Below are positions 11,443-25,100 of a stretch of DNA of 64,000 bases, one piece after another. The stretch covers positions 233,065,741 to 233,129,740 of the forward strand of contig CM041465.1 of NCBI GenBank assembly GCA_023213395.1, written 5' to 3'. Each line of letters begins with the position of its first letter. Position 1 is the first letter of the stretch. Position numbers and translations under genes: made by a program. A model generated the notes under the pieces. It did no database searches, had not been told where the DNA came from, and worked only from the letters and a program-made list of their open reading frames with translations. This DNA comes from Cycas panzhihuaensis (taxonomy: Eukaryota; Plantae; Cycadophyta).

Positions 11443-14400
11443 ATGGATGCTCTAAACATGCTTAATGCATGCACAATCAAATTAACAGGTCAAGAGAATT
11501 ATCAAGATTGGAAGAGACAAACACAAAACTTCTTAAAGATGGATAAACTTTGGAGCTATGTTTCTGGCAGAATTCCTCTACCTGTACCTATGGAGATTGA
11601 TGGTGTTGTTGTTGATTCAGATGCTAATTATATTGCTACTTGGGAGGGCAATGATGGAATAGCCTTGGCATTTTTATATATGGTCATTGATATTAATGTT
11701 GATCAAAACATTTCAAATGTTGAAACATCTAAGGAAGCTTGGGACATTTTTTCCTCTTTGTATGGAAGGTGAGATGAAGTTCGCATTTTGTTGATGAAAG
11801 CAAAATTTTATTCTATAAAATATGTAAAGCCTATGTCGGCATTTCTTGCTTCTATCAAAGAAATATATAATGAATTAAATACTTTAGGCAAACCTGCTTC
11901 TAGGGATGAGCTTATAACAACCATTATTCGAGCTTTGCCTAAAGATTTTAATGATTTCATCTCATCTGTTACACGAGATGGCTCACTTTCAAGCATGTCT
12001 TTCAACCAACTTGAGAGTTTGTTACTTCAAGAGGAGCAAATTTATGATAGAAAATGAAGATGGAGCATCTACTTCTGGAGCATTCACAGCCAAGTGGAAG
12101 GCCAAGCAAAATCCCAAACTTTCACTCACAAAACAATTTGGTTATATGAATATTGGCACCTCAAAAGTCAATGTCATTTGTCATTATTGTGGCAAGGTTG
12201 GTCACATAGCTCCTGATTGCAGGAAGAAGAAAGCCGACCTTCAGCATACACATCAGCAGCATCAGAGGCAACAATAGCCTCTTCAACAGTTCCAGCAGCA
12301 GCAGCAGTTTTAGCAACAGCAATAACATTATCCCCCTCGACCAAATCGAGATGCATATCAAGGAGGTCAAAGAGGAAGAGGGGGTTTCAGAGGTGGTAAT
12401 CAACGCCACACTAATCAGTTTGCAGATGAGGATAAGTTACTTTGTGCTTATCACACATCTGATGTTGATCAAACATGGATCATCGATTCGGGGGCATTAC
12501 GTCACATGACTGGAAGTGAAGAACTCCTTTATGACATCAAAAAAGGAAATGGTAAATCAATAACCTTTGGCAATAATGCATCAGTGCAAATTTCTGGTAT
12601 AGGCAAAGTTGCCTCATTTCATTCTTCTTCAAATCCTTCTTCAACATTTCCCAATGGTGATGCCTACTTTATCCCTTCCATGGAGAAAAAATTGCTATCT
12701 GTTAACCAATTGGACAAGCAACATATGAGCATTTTGTTTAAAAATGGAAAATGTGTCATCAGTGACAAGCATGATCAAGTTGTAGCCATTGGTCATGAAG
12801 ACCATGGCCTTTATAAGTTGGATGCAAATAATGTAACTCTTGATTCTGCTTACTCTGTCACGCAATCAACAAAGATGCAACTTTGGCATCATCGTCTAGG
12901 CCATTTGAGTTTAGACAATATCAAATTGATGACATGGTGCATGGGCTTCCAAAGTTGTATGTTTCAAAATGCCTTTATGAAGCATGTATAATGGGGACAC
13001 ACCATAGATTGCCTTTCCCTAAAGGGAAAGCATGGCATGCATCGTATCCTTTGCAGTTGATACATTCTGATTTATGTGGACCTATGTCCACAACATCTTT
13101 TGGAGGAGCATTGCACTACATCTCCTTCATAGATGATTTCTCTCACAAAGTTTGGGTTTACTTTCTCAAACAAAAGTCTGAAGCATTCCAGAAGTTTAAG
13201 GAATTCAAGCTTGAAGTAGAGAATGAATCTGGCTATACAATCAAAATTCTAAGGTCAGATAATGGAGGTGAATTCACTTCAAAAGAATTCACTCAATTTT
13301 GCAAGGATAACGGCATTCAGAGACAGCTCACTATTCCACATACTCCTCAACAAAACAGAGTCTCTGAATGAATGAACAGAACTTCAGCAAACAAAGCCAA
13401 AGCTATGATGCATGCAAAAGGACTTACATGAGTATATTGGGCAAAAGCATTTCACACAGCTGCTTATGTAGCAAATTGGAGTCCTACTTCAACAGTCACC
13501 GATATCACACCAGAAGAAGCTTGGTCTGGCAAAAAGCCTACCGTCAACCACTTAAGGACATTTGGGTGCACTGCATACATGCACATCCTCGATTAGCAAA
13601 GATCTAAGTTGGACAAACATCGTCTAAAATGCATTTTTGTAGACTATGCCACTCATAGCAAAGCTTACAAGTTGTATGATCCTATTGGGAAGAAAATGCA
13701 TCTCTCAAGAGATGTAATCTTTGTTGAAGAAGGACATAAGGAGTTGGAATCTGCATCCATCCAACCTCCTCTTGATAAAGACAAAAAGATTGTTAAGGCT
13801 TTCCTTCCCTCTAAATCTTCTACATCATGTACATCATTTGCATCAGTTGGACCGTCCACATCATCAGATACTACTCCGCTTGATCCTAGCACATCAGAAG
13901 ACATTGAGGTTCAAGTCCGCTTCTACTCCGCTTGATCCAACACATCAGAAGACATTGAGGCTTCTACTCCGCTTGATCCAACACTCAGATCAGAAGACAT
14001 TGAGGTTCAAGTCACATCAGTAAAAAAATTGCCCAAATGGTATACACAAACTGTTCAAGACAGCCAAATTGTTAAAGGAAAACGTCTATCAAAATATAGG
14101 CAGCAAATCAATTATGCACTTATGGCTAAAGTGCTTTGTATTGATAAGTCATCCATTGTTGAGGAGGCATCTAAAAATGACAATTGGAAAGCTGCCATAG
14201 ATGAAGAAATCCATTCTATTGAAAAGAATGGAACATGGGATTTGGTAGAATTGCCTAAGCACAAATAGGCAATTAGTTGCAAATGGGTCTATAAGACCAA
14301 ATTCTATTATGATGGTACACTTAAGTGCTAAAAGGCTCGACTTGTTGCAAAGGGCTTAAAACAAAAAGAAGGCATTGATTATGAGGAGACTTTTGCACAT

Positions 14401-15680
14401 GTTGCTAATATGAACACCATCAGATTCATCTTGGACTTAGCTACTCGATGCAAATGGCCAATTTATCAGATGGATGTGAAGAGCGCCTTTCTCAATGGCG
14501 ATCTTCAGAAGGAGGTATATTTTGATCAACCTTCTAGTTACAAAGTACAAGGCAAGATGCATTTGGTTTGTCGCCTAAAAAAGGTTTTGTATGGCTTGAA
14601 ACAAGTTGCTCGTGCATGGTACTCAAAAATCGATGATTATTTTTTGATACATGGTTTTCATTGATCCACATCAGATCCTGACTTGTACATCAAAGTTGGG
14701 AAAGGCCATGCTATTTTTATTGTCTTGTATGTTGATGACTTAGTGATCACTGGTAATGACACTAAGATGATACAGATTCTCTAGGATGATTTGAAGAGAA
14801 GTTTTGAAATGACAGATCTTAGGCTTCTACATTATTTTCTAGGCTTTGAGGTATGGCAATAGCCAGGCTATATCTTTATATCCCAAGCTAAATATTCTTG
14901 GAATATTTTGCAGCCGTTTAAGATGCATGACTGCTAACCAACACCAACGCTTATGGAGAATGGAACAAAGCTCGCTCTTAATGAGGAAGCTGAACATGCA
15001 GATCCCACTCTTTACCGGCAGTTGATTAGTAGCCTCATTTATCTCACCAACACTCGACCGAACATTTCATTTTCAGTTGGGATTTGTTCTAGATACATGT
15101 CTCAACCCAATAAAAAAAATTGGAATGCAGCAAAACGCATACTCAAATACATCCAAGGAACATTGCAGCAGGGCGTTCAGTATATACATAATGAGGACTT
15201 CATCTTGGAAGGGTTCTCATATTCTGATTGGGCAGGTTGTTAGGATAGCTGGAGATCCACCTCGGGTTACTGTTTTACCCTTGGTTCAAGAGTTGTTTCA
15301 TGGAGTTACAAGAAGCAACTCAATGTTACCTTGTCCTCCACTGAAGCATAGTACAAAGCTGCTGTCAGCGCAGCTTGTGAGACTATCTGGCTACGACGTA
15401 TTCTTGGGGAGCTTGGACCTGAGCAAGATCACCCCACCAGGATATACTGTGACAATCAAAGTGTGCTCAAGTTAACTAAGAATCCAATCTTTCATGCACA
15501 GACCAAACACATCGAGGTTCATCATCACTTCATCAGAGAGCATGTGCAGAACAATGAGATCAACCTCCAAGATGCACTCTAGAGGAGCAGACAACAGATA
15601 TCTTTACCAAGTCTTTTGGTAGAGAAAAATTTGTAAAATTTAGAGATGGTCTTGGGGTCTGACTTAATATTGTAAACAGT
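11443..15680 (+). pseudogene. Copia-2 gag-pol (gag, Zn knuckle, protease, integrase, RT, RNase H) with stops and frameshifts
   Basis: [78 protein letters not shown], in Copia order (IN before RT). Confidence 0.95.
13870..14015 (+). repeat. Three-copy imperfect tandem repeat in the Copia-2 IN-RT linker
   Basis: ctactccgcttgatcc...catcagaagacattgagg repeated three times; Copia-3 has roughly one copy. Confidence 0.8.
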
Positions 15681-16750
15681 AAGAGGGGGGGTGTTAAACC
15701 TTATGTTTACAAGTTAAGTATATACTTAATTTTTTCATTCATTATTTGTACTTTATGGGGTGATTTATCACTTAAGTGATAAAGTGCACACCCACATTCT
15801 TTATAGTGACATAATGACATTGCCACTAAAGGGGCAAATGGACCCCCATGCATCTTTGCTCACTTGAGAGCCGAAAATGACACATGTTCTTCATGCGTGA
15901 CATGCAAGACATGCATTGCATGTAGCTTGGATGTTTGATACTTGTCAAATATCCAATGTTGTTAGGTCTCTTTAGTTTCTCTATATATTGAGACCTCTTC
16001 CCATGTCTCACATGGAGAGTTGGAGTTGTAATGTTATGTTGTTAGTTTGCTAATCAACTGGTATTCCTTTGGAGATTGGACTAATTCCATCTCCTCCCAA
16101 TTTGGTATCATCTTGCTCTTTGGACTTTGATCTTGCTTATCTTTTATTTCATTTCTCTTGTTAGTTATGCTCTCATGCTTTATAGAACTAGAGTGAGCTA
16201 TCTTCTTGATCTTGGGTGTTATAGACCTTTGGCATTCTCAACACTTCAAGCCATGCATCTAGAGTTTTGAGTACTATTTTGTCTCCTTTTTCTTTTTATT
16301 TGGGAGTATGTTTGTAGGTTGTTTGACTTGTCTACATTGTGCAAATGGCTTCACAATCTTCTATTCATGGTAGCCACAATGAGTTGGAGATTAATGATTC
16401 TCCCCTTTATAAGTATGTGACAAAAATTTCTTCAATTGTGAGAGGAGACTCTAATGCATGGAAGTACAATGTTTGTGAGGGAGGTCTATATCAAGTCTTT
16501 TATTTTATAGTGAAGTCTCACTTACATCGTGAGCCAAACAAAGGGATTGTTTCATGTCCACGATTGTCATCATCAATCATCAAGAAACACCAAAAAGAGA
16601 TGGAAGACACATTGTAGACCAAAGCAATGAGATGCAAGCAACACATATTGAGGGGTCCTCATTAACCATTGCACTTGGAGTGGAGAGGGTTGTGGAGAAA
16701 CCAAAAAAGAGGCCATGGTCCCAAAAATGTCCAATAACATCAAAGCTCAA

Positions 16751-18825
16751 TGTAGTGAGCCTACACCACATGTTAGAGAGGGCTATGATCCTCCATCGTA
16801 CGAGGATTAATAGGATTGGTTGACATAAAGGTAGGAATATAATAATATGGAGGTGAGTGTTATATATACCCCACTCTATTGTAAAGAGAAGAATATGATA
16901 TAATGATATGTTAATGGATGTTCTTCGGAACCCTTCCTTCTTCTTTCATCTTATTTCTTCTATTTCTCTTTATATTTCTTTATATTGATTTGGTTACAGG
17001 ATTAGGCATGTAACAAGTGGTATCAGAGCCATTTTCTGATCCATACAAGAGCTAGGGATCCATTTTTTGGCCAAATTATTTTTCAAGGCTTTTGGCATAT
17101 GGAAGTTCTATTCATTGGGAGCAAAAACAAAAGATTCTTGAAGAAGCATCAGAGAATTTGAGACAAAAGGGCTCGTGCCATAAATTTTGAGTGGTCATAG
17201 TGTTGGTTTTGGCAAAAAGTTGTAGAAATTATAGTTGATTTAATTTCAACCTACTTTTTCGTCACCATATTTTGGGACAGATCTGCAACCTCAACTTCAA
17301 AGAGCCTTAACTTTGGCTACAAGTGTCCAAATGACCTTAAAGTTTTTTTGATTCTGTGCATTTTAAAATTTTCTTTCCAATGGATGTAGTTTGAGGTCAA
17401 TCAGAGGTCAGAGTAGAGAGTTATTGGCATTTTATTAGAAGGTACTATGATAGTCCTTAGTAACCCTAGCAACAAATTTTTTAAATGGCTATAACTTTTG
17501 ATCTAGATGTCAGAATTCGATTCTATCTAAACTGTTGGAATCGTATTTTAGTAGCCATTATCTTTATCCATATTTTATGTACTTTTGAGCCTTTTTTTTT
17601 TCAAAATTAAAATTTTAAAGTTAAAGTTTCCATATTATATTTTTGGCCGTTCAAACTTTGGTCACAAAACCATTGCTCTTGAGGCCTAATATCTCTTTTT
17701 GTATTAAAATTGAGGGATAACTGGTTATAGGCACCCCTTAGTCTCTCCTACACCCACATCAACATGGCTACAAAAAAACCCATACCTCGCACATTTAATA
17801 CAGATGGGACTCTTTCTATAAAAGACTGGGTCAATGATATGTCTACATATTTAAAATCACTTGATGATAGCTATTTAGGCAGAACAGAGATGACTAAAGT
17901 AGTCTCATTGTATCTACAAGAAGAAGTTTAGCTTTGGTTGAAGGAGTGGTATAGCACAACTAGTTAATTTACTTCATATTTATGGCTAGAGTTTTCTATT
18001 TGTTCAAAATATGATGCTTATTGGTAGAATCATATGCAAAGCTTTGAGCAAGACAAACAAGAAGCTCATCAAATACTTGAAAAATATAATTGTAAGGTGG
18101 AACAAGGAATTCTTCCCACTCCTCAAAGTCAAGAACAAAATAAAGATAATGAGGGAGAAAAAGAACATGAGGAGCAAGTAGCAAAAGCTGATTGCCATCC
18201 CAAACCACCAATTGTAGCCAAAACAAAGGAAGACCATCACTCATTAAAAGTTGGAGCACATACCAAAGTGGGACCTTATCGCCACCCACATTATCAGGAG
18301 ACTCAGCATCGACGCATGTATTATACAAAGCCCTCACAAATTAAGTACCCCAAGCAGACAAATCATTCAAGCTTGAGGTTCTAGGGTTACAGAGATTCTA
18401 GACACAAAGATTTATTTGGGATGGATAGATCCTTATTTTATGCATAAATTTTTGGACAACCTTAGATGGACCTATTGGTTGGACACCAGTAGTAGGAGGT
18501 GATCACATGCATCTATGTATCAAGATGCTTCGAGGGCGAAGCATCTAAGGGGAGAGGGAATGTAGCAAGCTTACACCACATGTTAGAGAGGGCTATGACC
18601 CTCCATCATGTGAGGATTAATAGGATTGGTTGACATAAAGGTAGGAATATAATAATATGGGGTTGAGTGTTATATATACCCCACTCTATTGTAAAGAGAA
18701 GAATATGATATGATGATATGTTAATGGATGTTCTTGGGAACCCACCCTTCTTCTTTCATCTTATTTCTGCTATTTCTCTTCATATTTCTTTATATTGATT
18801 TGGTTACAGGATTAGCCATGTAACA
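16751..18825 (+). mobile_element. Non-autonomous 2075-bp LTR element with gag relic only (TR-GAG/TRIM-like, Gypsy-type)
   Basis: 265-bp LTRs 16751-17015 and 18561-18825. PBS 17018-17030. PPT 18547-18560. TSD CTCAA/TTCAA. Gag relic MATKKPIPRTFNTDGTLSIKDWVNDMSTYL from 17764. No pol. Confidence 0.92.
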
Positions 18826-20658
18826 TTCAATGTCCCTAGGATAGAGGAAGTGGACATCAGAGTGGCACATTGCATTTTTGCATGTGGGCTTGATTTCATT
18901 GTGGTTTGCTCACCATATTAGTAAGATATGGTGCAAACTATCAACACGGTGCCGCAAGGCTATATGAGCCCAAGATTTGAAAAGATTCACACTATACTAT
19001 TTTAGAATGAGTAAAGTTTAGTGGAATCCATGTTAGGGCCTCTTAAGGATTTTTGAAGAAATCCAAGTGTCTCCATTGCAGTTAATGGGTGGATTGATCA
19101 AATTAGTTGTCCATTGATGAATGCCATTGCCATGTGATGCAAGCGTGCCATGTTCCTTAGGGCCATTGATTGCACCAAAGAGACAAAGGATGCATATTTT
19201 GTTGCTAACATTCTCATTCAAGTAATATAATCTATCGGTGTTTGTATTGTTGTGCGGGTGATCACAGACAATGCTCTTATTTATAGAGCTACTAGCAAGT
19301 TGATGGAAGAAAATTACCAACACGTCTTTGGGATCCCTTGGATCACTCACAATTTTCATTTGATGTTGAAGGAAATGATACGAGAGAAGGCTCATCCACA
19401 TTTGATGATGATCAATGTGGTTTGTGAGTTCATCCATGCTTCCTAGTCAAATTTGTCACTAGGCACTACGCTTCCTAGTCAAACTTTTGGCAATTTTTGA
19501 TGTTAAGAGTTATTAAAGGTTGCCTATACCAAGTTTGCTTTTCATCAAGCCATGTAGAGGAATTTGATTGATGTGAACACTACATTGGTTCATATGATGA
19601 CAGGTTTGAAATGACAATCTTGGAGGCAAGGCAATTCTAAAAAATCATTAATATAGTGTGTTAAATGATTTTTGATGAGATTTGTATGGAGGATTATGGT
19701 TCATCCTCAATATGTGACATCCTATAATAGCCTGTGTTTGCAAGTCTTACATGGACAAAACTTATTTGAGACAAATCTTTGATGACATTAAAGCAATGAT
19801 TAAGTAGGTTTGGGATACAATTTTTCTTGTAAAGAGGTTGAACCATGAAGATTTTTGGTAGGAAGTTCATGGCATAATATTTTCAAGGCAGGACAAGTTC
19901 AACACCGAGTTGCACACCTTGGCTTATGCATTAAATTCAAGGCATAATGACATTTCCTACATTGAACTCGATACTAAAAAGCCCCTATGTAAGGACAAGG
20001 TGGTCTCTAATGGTTTTAGTGCAACCACTTTAAAATTGTTTCCATATATTGATGATGCCTTGCAAATTTAGAAAGAATTTGCCAATTTTGCTAATGGGAT
20101 CAACCACATATTTGGATATGTGTGTTGGAGAGGGTATCATTATCAAATCATAGGCATAATATCAAATAAATTGAACGCAAAATCAATCAGACAATGCGCC
20201 ATGATTTGGTAGGTGGAAAACCCTTATAGGGGAGAAAAAACCACCTTAGAAAAATATATATTATATTATAATAAAAATGTATATAGCCAAATTTGAGGAT
20301 CTCATCCTCTCTCTCTTTTGCCAGCCTGACCTAATACCTATGTAGCCAACCTATCATCAAAGATTCTTGAATAATTATTCAAGAAGATAGGTAAAGGTTC
20401 GTTGAAATGGGCAACCATTCATTTCATCGAACTTTTAGTAAATAACAATTAGATACAGAATAATAATAATTGAACTTTACAATAATTGAGCTTTACAAAG
20501 ATAACATTAGAGCATAAAGATTATTTCTAACATCCCCCTTTAATGTTATTTTTAGTATAATAGAGGATAAAGAAGATGAAGAAGACTTCAGTGTGGAGAA
20601 GAAGGCTACTGTTTTTTTCTAGTTCCTGGCAGCCAGCTGTGGGCCCCACATTCCTCAT

Positions 20659-21030
20659 CAAAAGCGCTATTTTCAGCCATCAAAAGCGCTATTTTCAGCC
20701 ATCAAAAGTGCTGTTTTTCAGCCATCAAAAGCGTTGTTTTCAGCCAGCTGTCCTGTTCATCCAGCTATCCTCACAGTCTAGACTTTGCTTTCAAATTTCA
20801 GCCAGTTGTCCTCTTCATCCAGTTGTCCTCACAGTCCAGACTTTGCTTTCAAATTTCAGCCAGCTGTCCTCTTCATCCAGCTGTCCTCACAGTCCAGACT
20901 TTGCTTTCAAATTTCAGCCAGCTGTCCTCTTCATCCACCGTCCTCACGATCAGACTTTGCTTTCAAATTTCAGCCACTGTCCTCTTCATCCACCGTCCTC
21001 ACCCAGACTTTGTTTTCTAATTTCAGCCAG
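20659..21030 (+). repeat. Minisatellite in the Copia-3 leader: ~4 x 22 bp then ~5 x 58 bp
   Basis: caaaagcgctattttcagccat with period 22. cagccagctgtcctcttcatcc...gactttgctttcaaattt units start at 20741, 20799, 20857, 20915 and 20971. Confidence 0.9.
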
Positions 21031-22134
21031 GTGTCCAAACCTTAGTGGGCCCCATTCCTCAACACAATTGTCCAATGACCTTAATGTTCAAATTGCAAAA
21101 AAATTTTCAAATTTTAGCCTATGTTTTGGCTCTTAAAAGTTTTAACACTTAGTTATTGTTTGAACAAGTGTTAATTAAATGATTTTAAGTGTTTTTTTTC
21201 AAAAAGTGATACTCATCACTAAATTTTAAAACACTTTTAAGGCACCTTGCATGGTGACCTATTGACCTTAGTCTCAAAGAGGGTTCAAATACTTAATAAA
21301 ATCACTTTTTTTATCGTTGGGACTAATTTAAAGTCCCAACACTTGGTGCTTGATGTCATTTTTCATGCAAGTGGCTCTCTTACCCTCATTTGTTCAACAT
21401 TAAAAGGAACCCACTTGTATCTTCATCACAAGTTTTGCATTACTTCTTCAAGATTTGAGCTTTTTTCAAAAAGTACCTTGCAAAACTTATTGTAATCAAG
21501 CATTTGGTTTCTTACTTGGATCAACATAGCACTACATTTTCATTAAAGTGCTCATTGTAAAAACACTACAAGTGTTCATATACATGTACTTACATTGCTT
21601 CCTCTTGAAGCCACTCTTATTGTAAAGCTTAAATCAAAGCATTTTCATAAGTACATTTTCCAAGCAAAAAGAAACCTAAGTTCACTTTAAAAATCTGCTA
21701 AAAAGTGACTTAAAATCATTGGAGAGGCTCGAAAAGGTTCAAACCTTGCCTCTAAATTAACCTTAAGCTTGGTGCATTCCCTAGGGGACCAATCGACCGT
21801 ACGGTCAGTGCACGACAATTAAGGTTGCTTGAGGGAAAGGAGGTTCGAAAAGGGTGTTATTGAAATGTGAATCCTGTGGAAAGCATGGTACGTCCATGCA
21901 GATCAATCCTACCTGCCTTGTCCTAGATTTGACTTGGCCAACATTTGGATCTTCTCTATAAGATCAAGTTGGACCAACTCTATAGCCTAGTCCTCCACCC
22001 CTCATCATTCCATTCAGTTGTTGGATCTTCTAGTAAGATCGGGAACTGTTGGTTTTGTTAGAAGGTGGAACTTAAGCGAAAAGCTTTGAGTCTCCAAGTT
22101 ATCCTGCTAGCTTCAAGTGTTTATAAACCGAAAC

Positions 22135-25100
22135 ATGGTTGCCATAAACATGCTAAATGCATGCACTATTCTTAACGAGGACAAGATAATTATCAAGAAT
22201 GGAAGAGACTCACTCGAACTTGCTCATCATGAGCAATTTTGGAGTTATGTTTCGGAAGATTACCTCGACCAAAGACCGTTACCAATGGGAATGTTCTTGC
22301 AACCGATGTTGCTTTGTTTTGCTTGGGAAGCCAAAGATGAAATTGCTTTGGCATTCCTTCACATGATTGTTGATGTAAATGTAGATCGAATATTCTTTGG
22401 TGCTAACACTTCTAAGGAAGCTTGGGACACCTTGTCCTCATTGTATGAAAAGCGAGATCAAGCTCGCATTTTAATGGTTAAAGCAAAATTGTATTCTATT
22501 AAGTTTATCAAGCCCATGTCGGCTTTTCTTTCCTCCATCAAGGAGGTATGTAATGAACTTAATACACTTGGAAGTCCAGCAACGAGAGATGAATTGATCA
22601 CATCCATCACCAAAGCCTTACCGAAAGACTACAATGGCTTTATTTCATCTACTACAAGAGATGGTTCCCTCAAAACTATGACATTCAATGAATTTGAAAG
22701 TCTACTACTTCAAGAAGAACAAATCTACACTAAAGATAATGAGGAGGTACCATCTACATCAGTGCATTTACGGCCAATTCAAAGGCCAACAAAGAACCCA
22801 AACCTCGCACTTTCAAAGCGGTTTGGGAACATGAACATTGGGTCTTCAAGGACCAATGTTGTATGTCATTGTGGCAAACCCGCCACATCACACCGAGTGT
22901 CGGAAAAAGCAAGCGGATCGCCAACAACAGCCAATACGCCAGCACGCCAACAAAGCAAGCAGCCCACGTCGTGATGCAGCCGGTTTCAACAAAGAAGAAC
23001 AACAACCCCCTCGACCAAATCGAGATGCCTATCGAGGAAGTCAAAGAGGAAGGGGGGGCTTCAGAGGTGGCAATCAACGCCACTCTAATCAGTTTGCAGA
23101 TGAAGACAAACTATTTTGTGCATATCAGACATCCAAGGTTGATGAAACTTGGATTATTGATTCTAGAGCTTCACAACACATGACTGGAAGTGAAGAGCTC
23201 CTCGCCAACATCAAGGAAGGCAAAGGTCAATCAGTGACCTTTGGGAATAACCAATCTACCAAAATTTCTGGAGTAGGCACAATAACTCCATTCTTTTCCT
23301 CATCAAATCCTTCCTCCACATTTCCTGATGGCAATGCCTATTTAATACCTTTAATGGACAAAAATTTACTATCTGCTAGCCGCTTGGACAAGCAATGATG
23401 AGTGTATTGTTCCAAAACGGAAATGTATAATTAGTGACAAAGAAGACCAAGTAGTAGGTTGGCTATGAGGATCAAGGCCTCTACAAGATGGATGCAAATA
23501 ATATAACACTTGATTCTCGCTTACTCGTTCCATTGTCACTCCTTACTTGTCCAAGATGCAACTTTGGCATCAACGTCTAGGCCATTTGAGCTTAGACAAT
23601 TTGAGGCGAGATGATCAACAAGAACATGGTACATGGGCTTCCTAAGATTTATGGAACGAAATGTCTTTGCAAGCGTGCATTATGGGAACTCAAGACGCTT
23701 GCCTTTCCCTAAAGGCAAAGTGTGGCGTGCATCACATCCTCTGCGGCTAGTACATTCGATTTGTGGACCTATGTCCACATCATCTTTGGAGGAGCTTTGT
23801 ATTAGATCTCCTTCATTGATGATTTTTCTCACAAAGTTTGGGTTTACTTCATCAAACACAAATCTAAAGCATTTTCCAAGTTCAAAGAATTCAAACTTGA
23901 AGTGGAAAATGAGTCCGCCTTTCAATCACAACATTCAGGCGAGACAATGGAGGTGAATTTAGATGAAATGAATTCACCCAATCGCAAGGATAACGGCATT
24001 CGAAGACAACTGACGATACCTAACACTCCTCAACAAAATGGAGTCTCCGAACGGATGAACAGAACTTTGGCCAATAAAGCCAAAGCTATGATGCATGCAC
24101 AAGGACTCACTCGAGCTTATTGGGCAGAAGCATTTCACACAGCTGCCTATGTGGCCAATCGTAGTCCTACTACAGTAGTCACCAACATGACACCCGAGGA
24201 GGCATGGTCTGGCAAAAAGCCTATTGTCAGCCATTTAAGGACTTTTGGGTGCACTGCTTATATGCACATTCCCGATTAGCAAAGGAAGAAATTAGACAAG
24301 CATAGTCTAAAATGCATCTTTGTAGGTTATGCCATTCACAGTAAAGCCTACAAGTTGTATGATCCTATAGGGAAGAAAATGCATCTCTCAAGAGATGTCA
24401 TCTTTGCTCAAGAAGATCACCAGGAGGTGCAAACCACATCCATGCAACCTCCCATTGACAAAGGCAAGAAGATTGTTGAGGCCTTCCTTCCCTCTCAATT
24501 CTCTACACCATATTCATCATCTGCACCATGTGGACCGTCTACTTCAACTGAATTTGCTCCACTTGCTCCAAGCACATCTTACATTGACCAACCACTTACA
24601 CCGTAAGATATTGAGGTTCAAGTAACTTCAATTCAAAAGTTACCCAAATGGTACACACAAACAGTGCAGGACGGTCACATCATTGAAGGAAAACGTCCCT
24701 CTAAATATCGAAGAAACCAATTATGCACTTATGGTCAAGTGCTTTGTGTTGATGAGCCTTCCACTTTTGAGGAGGCTTCTAAAATGAAAATTGAAGGTCG
24801 CCATGGATGAAGAAATCCATTCTATTGAAAAGAATGGTACTTGGAATTTGGTTGAATTGCCTAAACACAAACAGTAATCGGGTTGCAAATGGGTCTACAA
24901 GACCAAATTCCATTCTGATGGTTCACTTAAAAGGCAGAAAGCACGCCTTGTCGCAAAAGGTTTTAAACAAAAGGAAGGCATAGATTATGAAGAAACTTTT
25001 GCACCAGTGGCGAACATGAATACTATCAGACTTCTCTTGGCCTTAGCTGCTCAATGCAAATGGCCTATTTTTCAGATGGACGTGAAGAGCGTCTTTCTTA

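Larger units (their letters stand above)
8366..16243 (+). mobile_element. Copia-2: structurally complete Ty1/Copia LTR retrotransposon with decayed ORF
   Basis: LTRs 8366-8912 and 15692-16243 (~90% identical by eye; 5' TG mutated to CA). TSD CTTCA at 8361-8365 and 16244-16248. PBS tggtatcagagc 8915-8926. PPT 15681-15691. Confidence 0.95.

Noticed and set aside
20659-21030. CRISPR-like array or 186-aa repeat protein
   Set aside because: Contiguous tandem units without unique spacers, no cas genes, and located in a retrotransposon leader.
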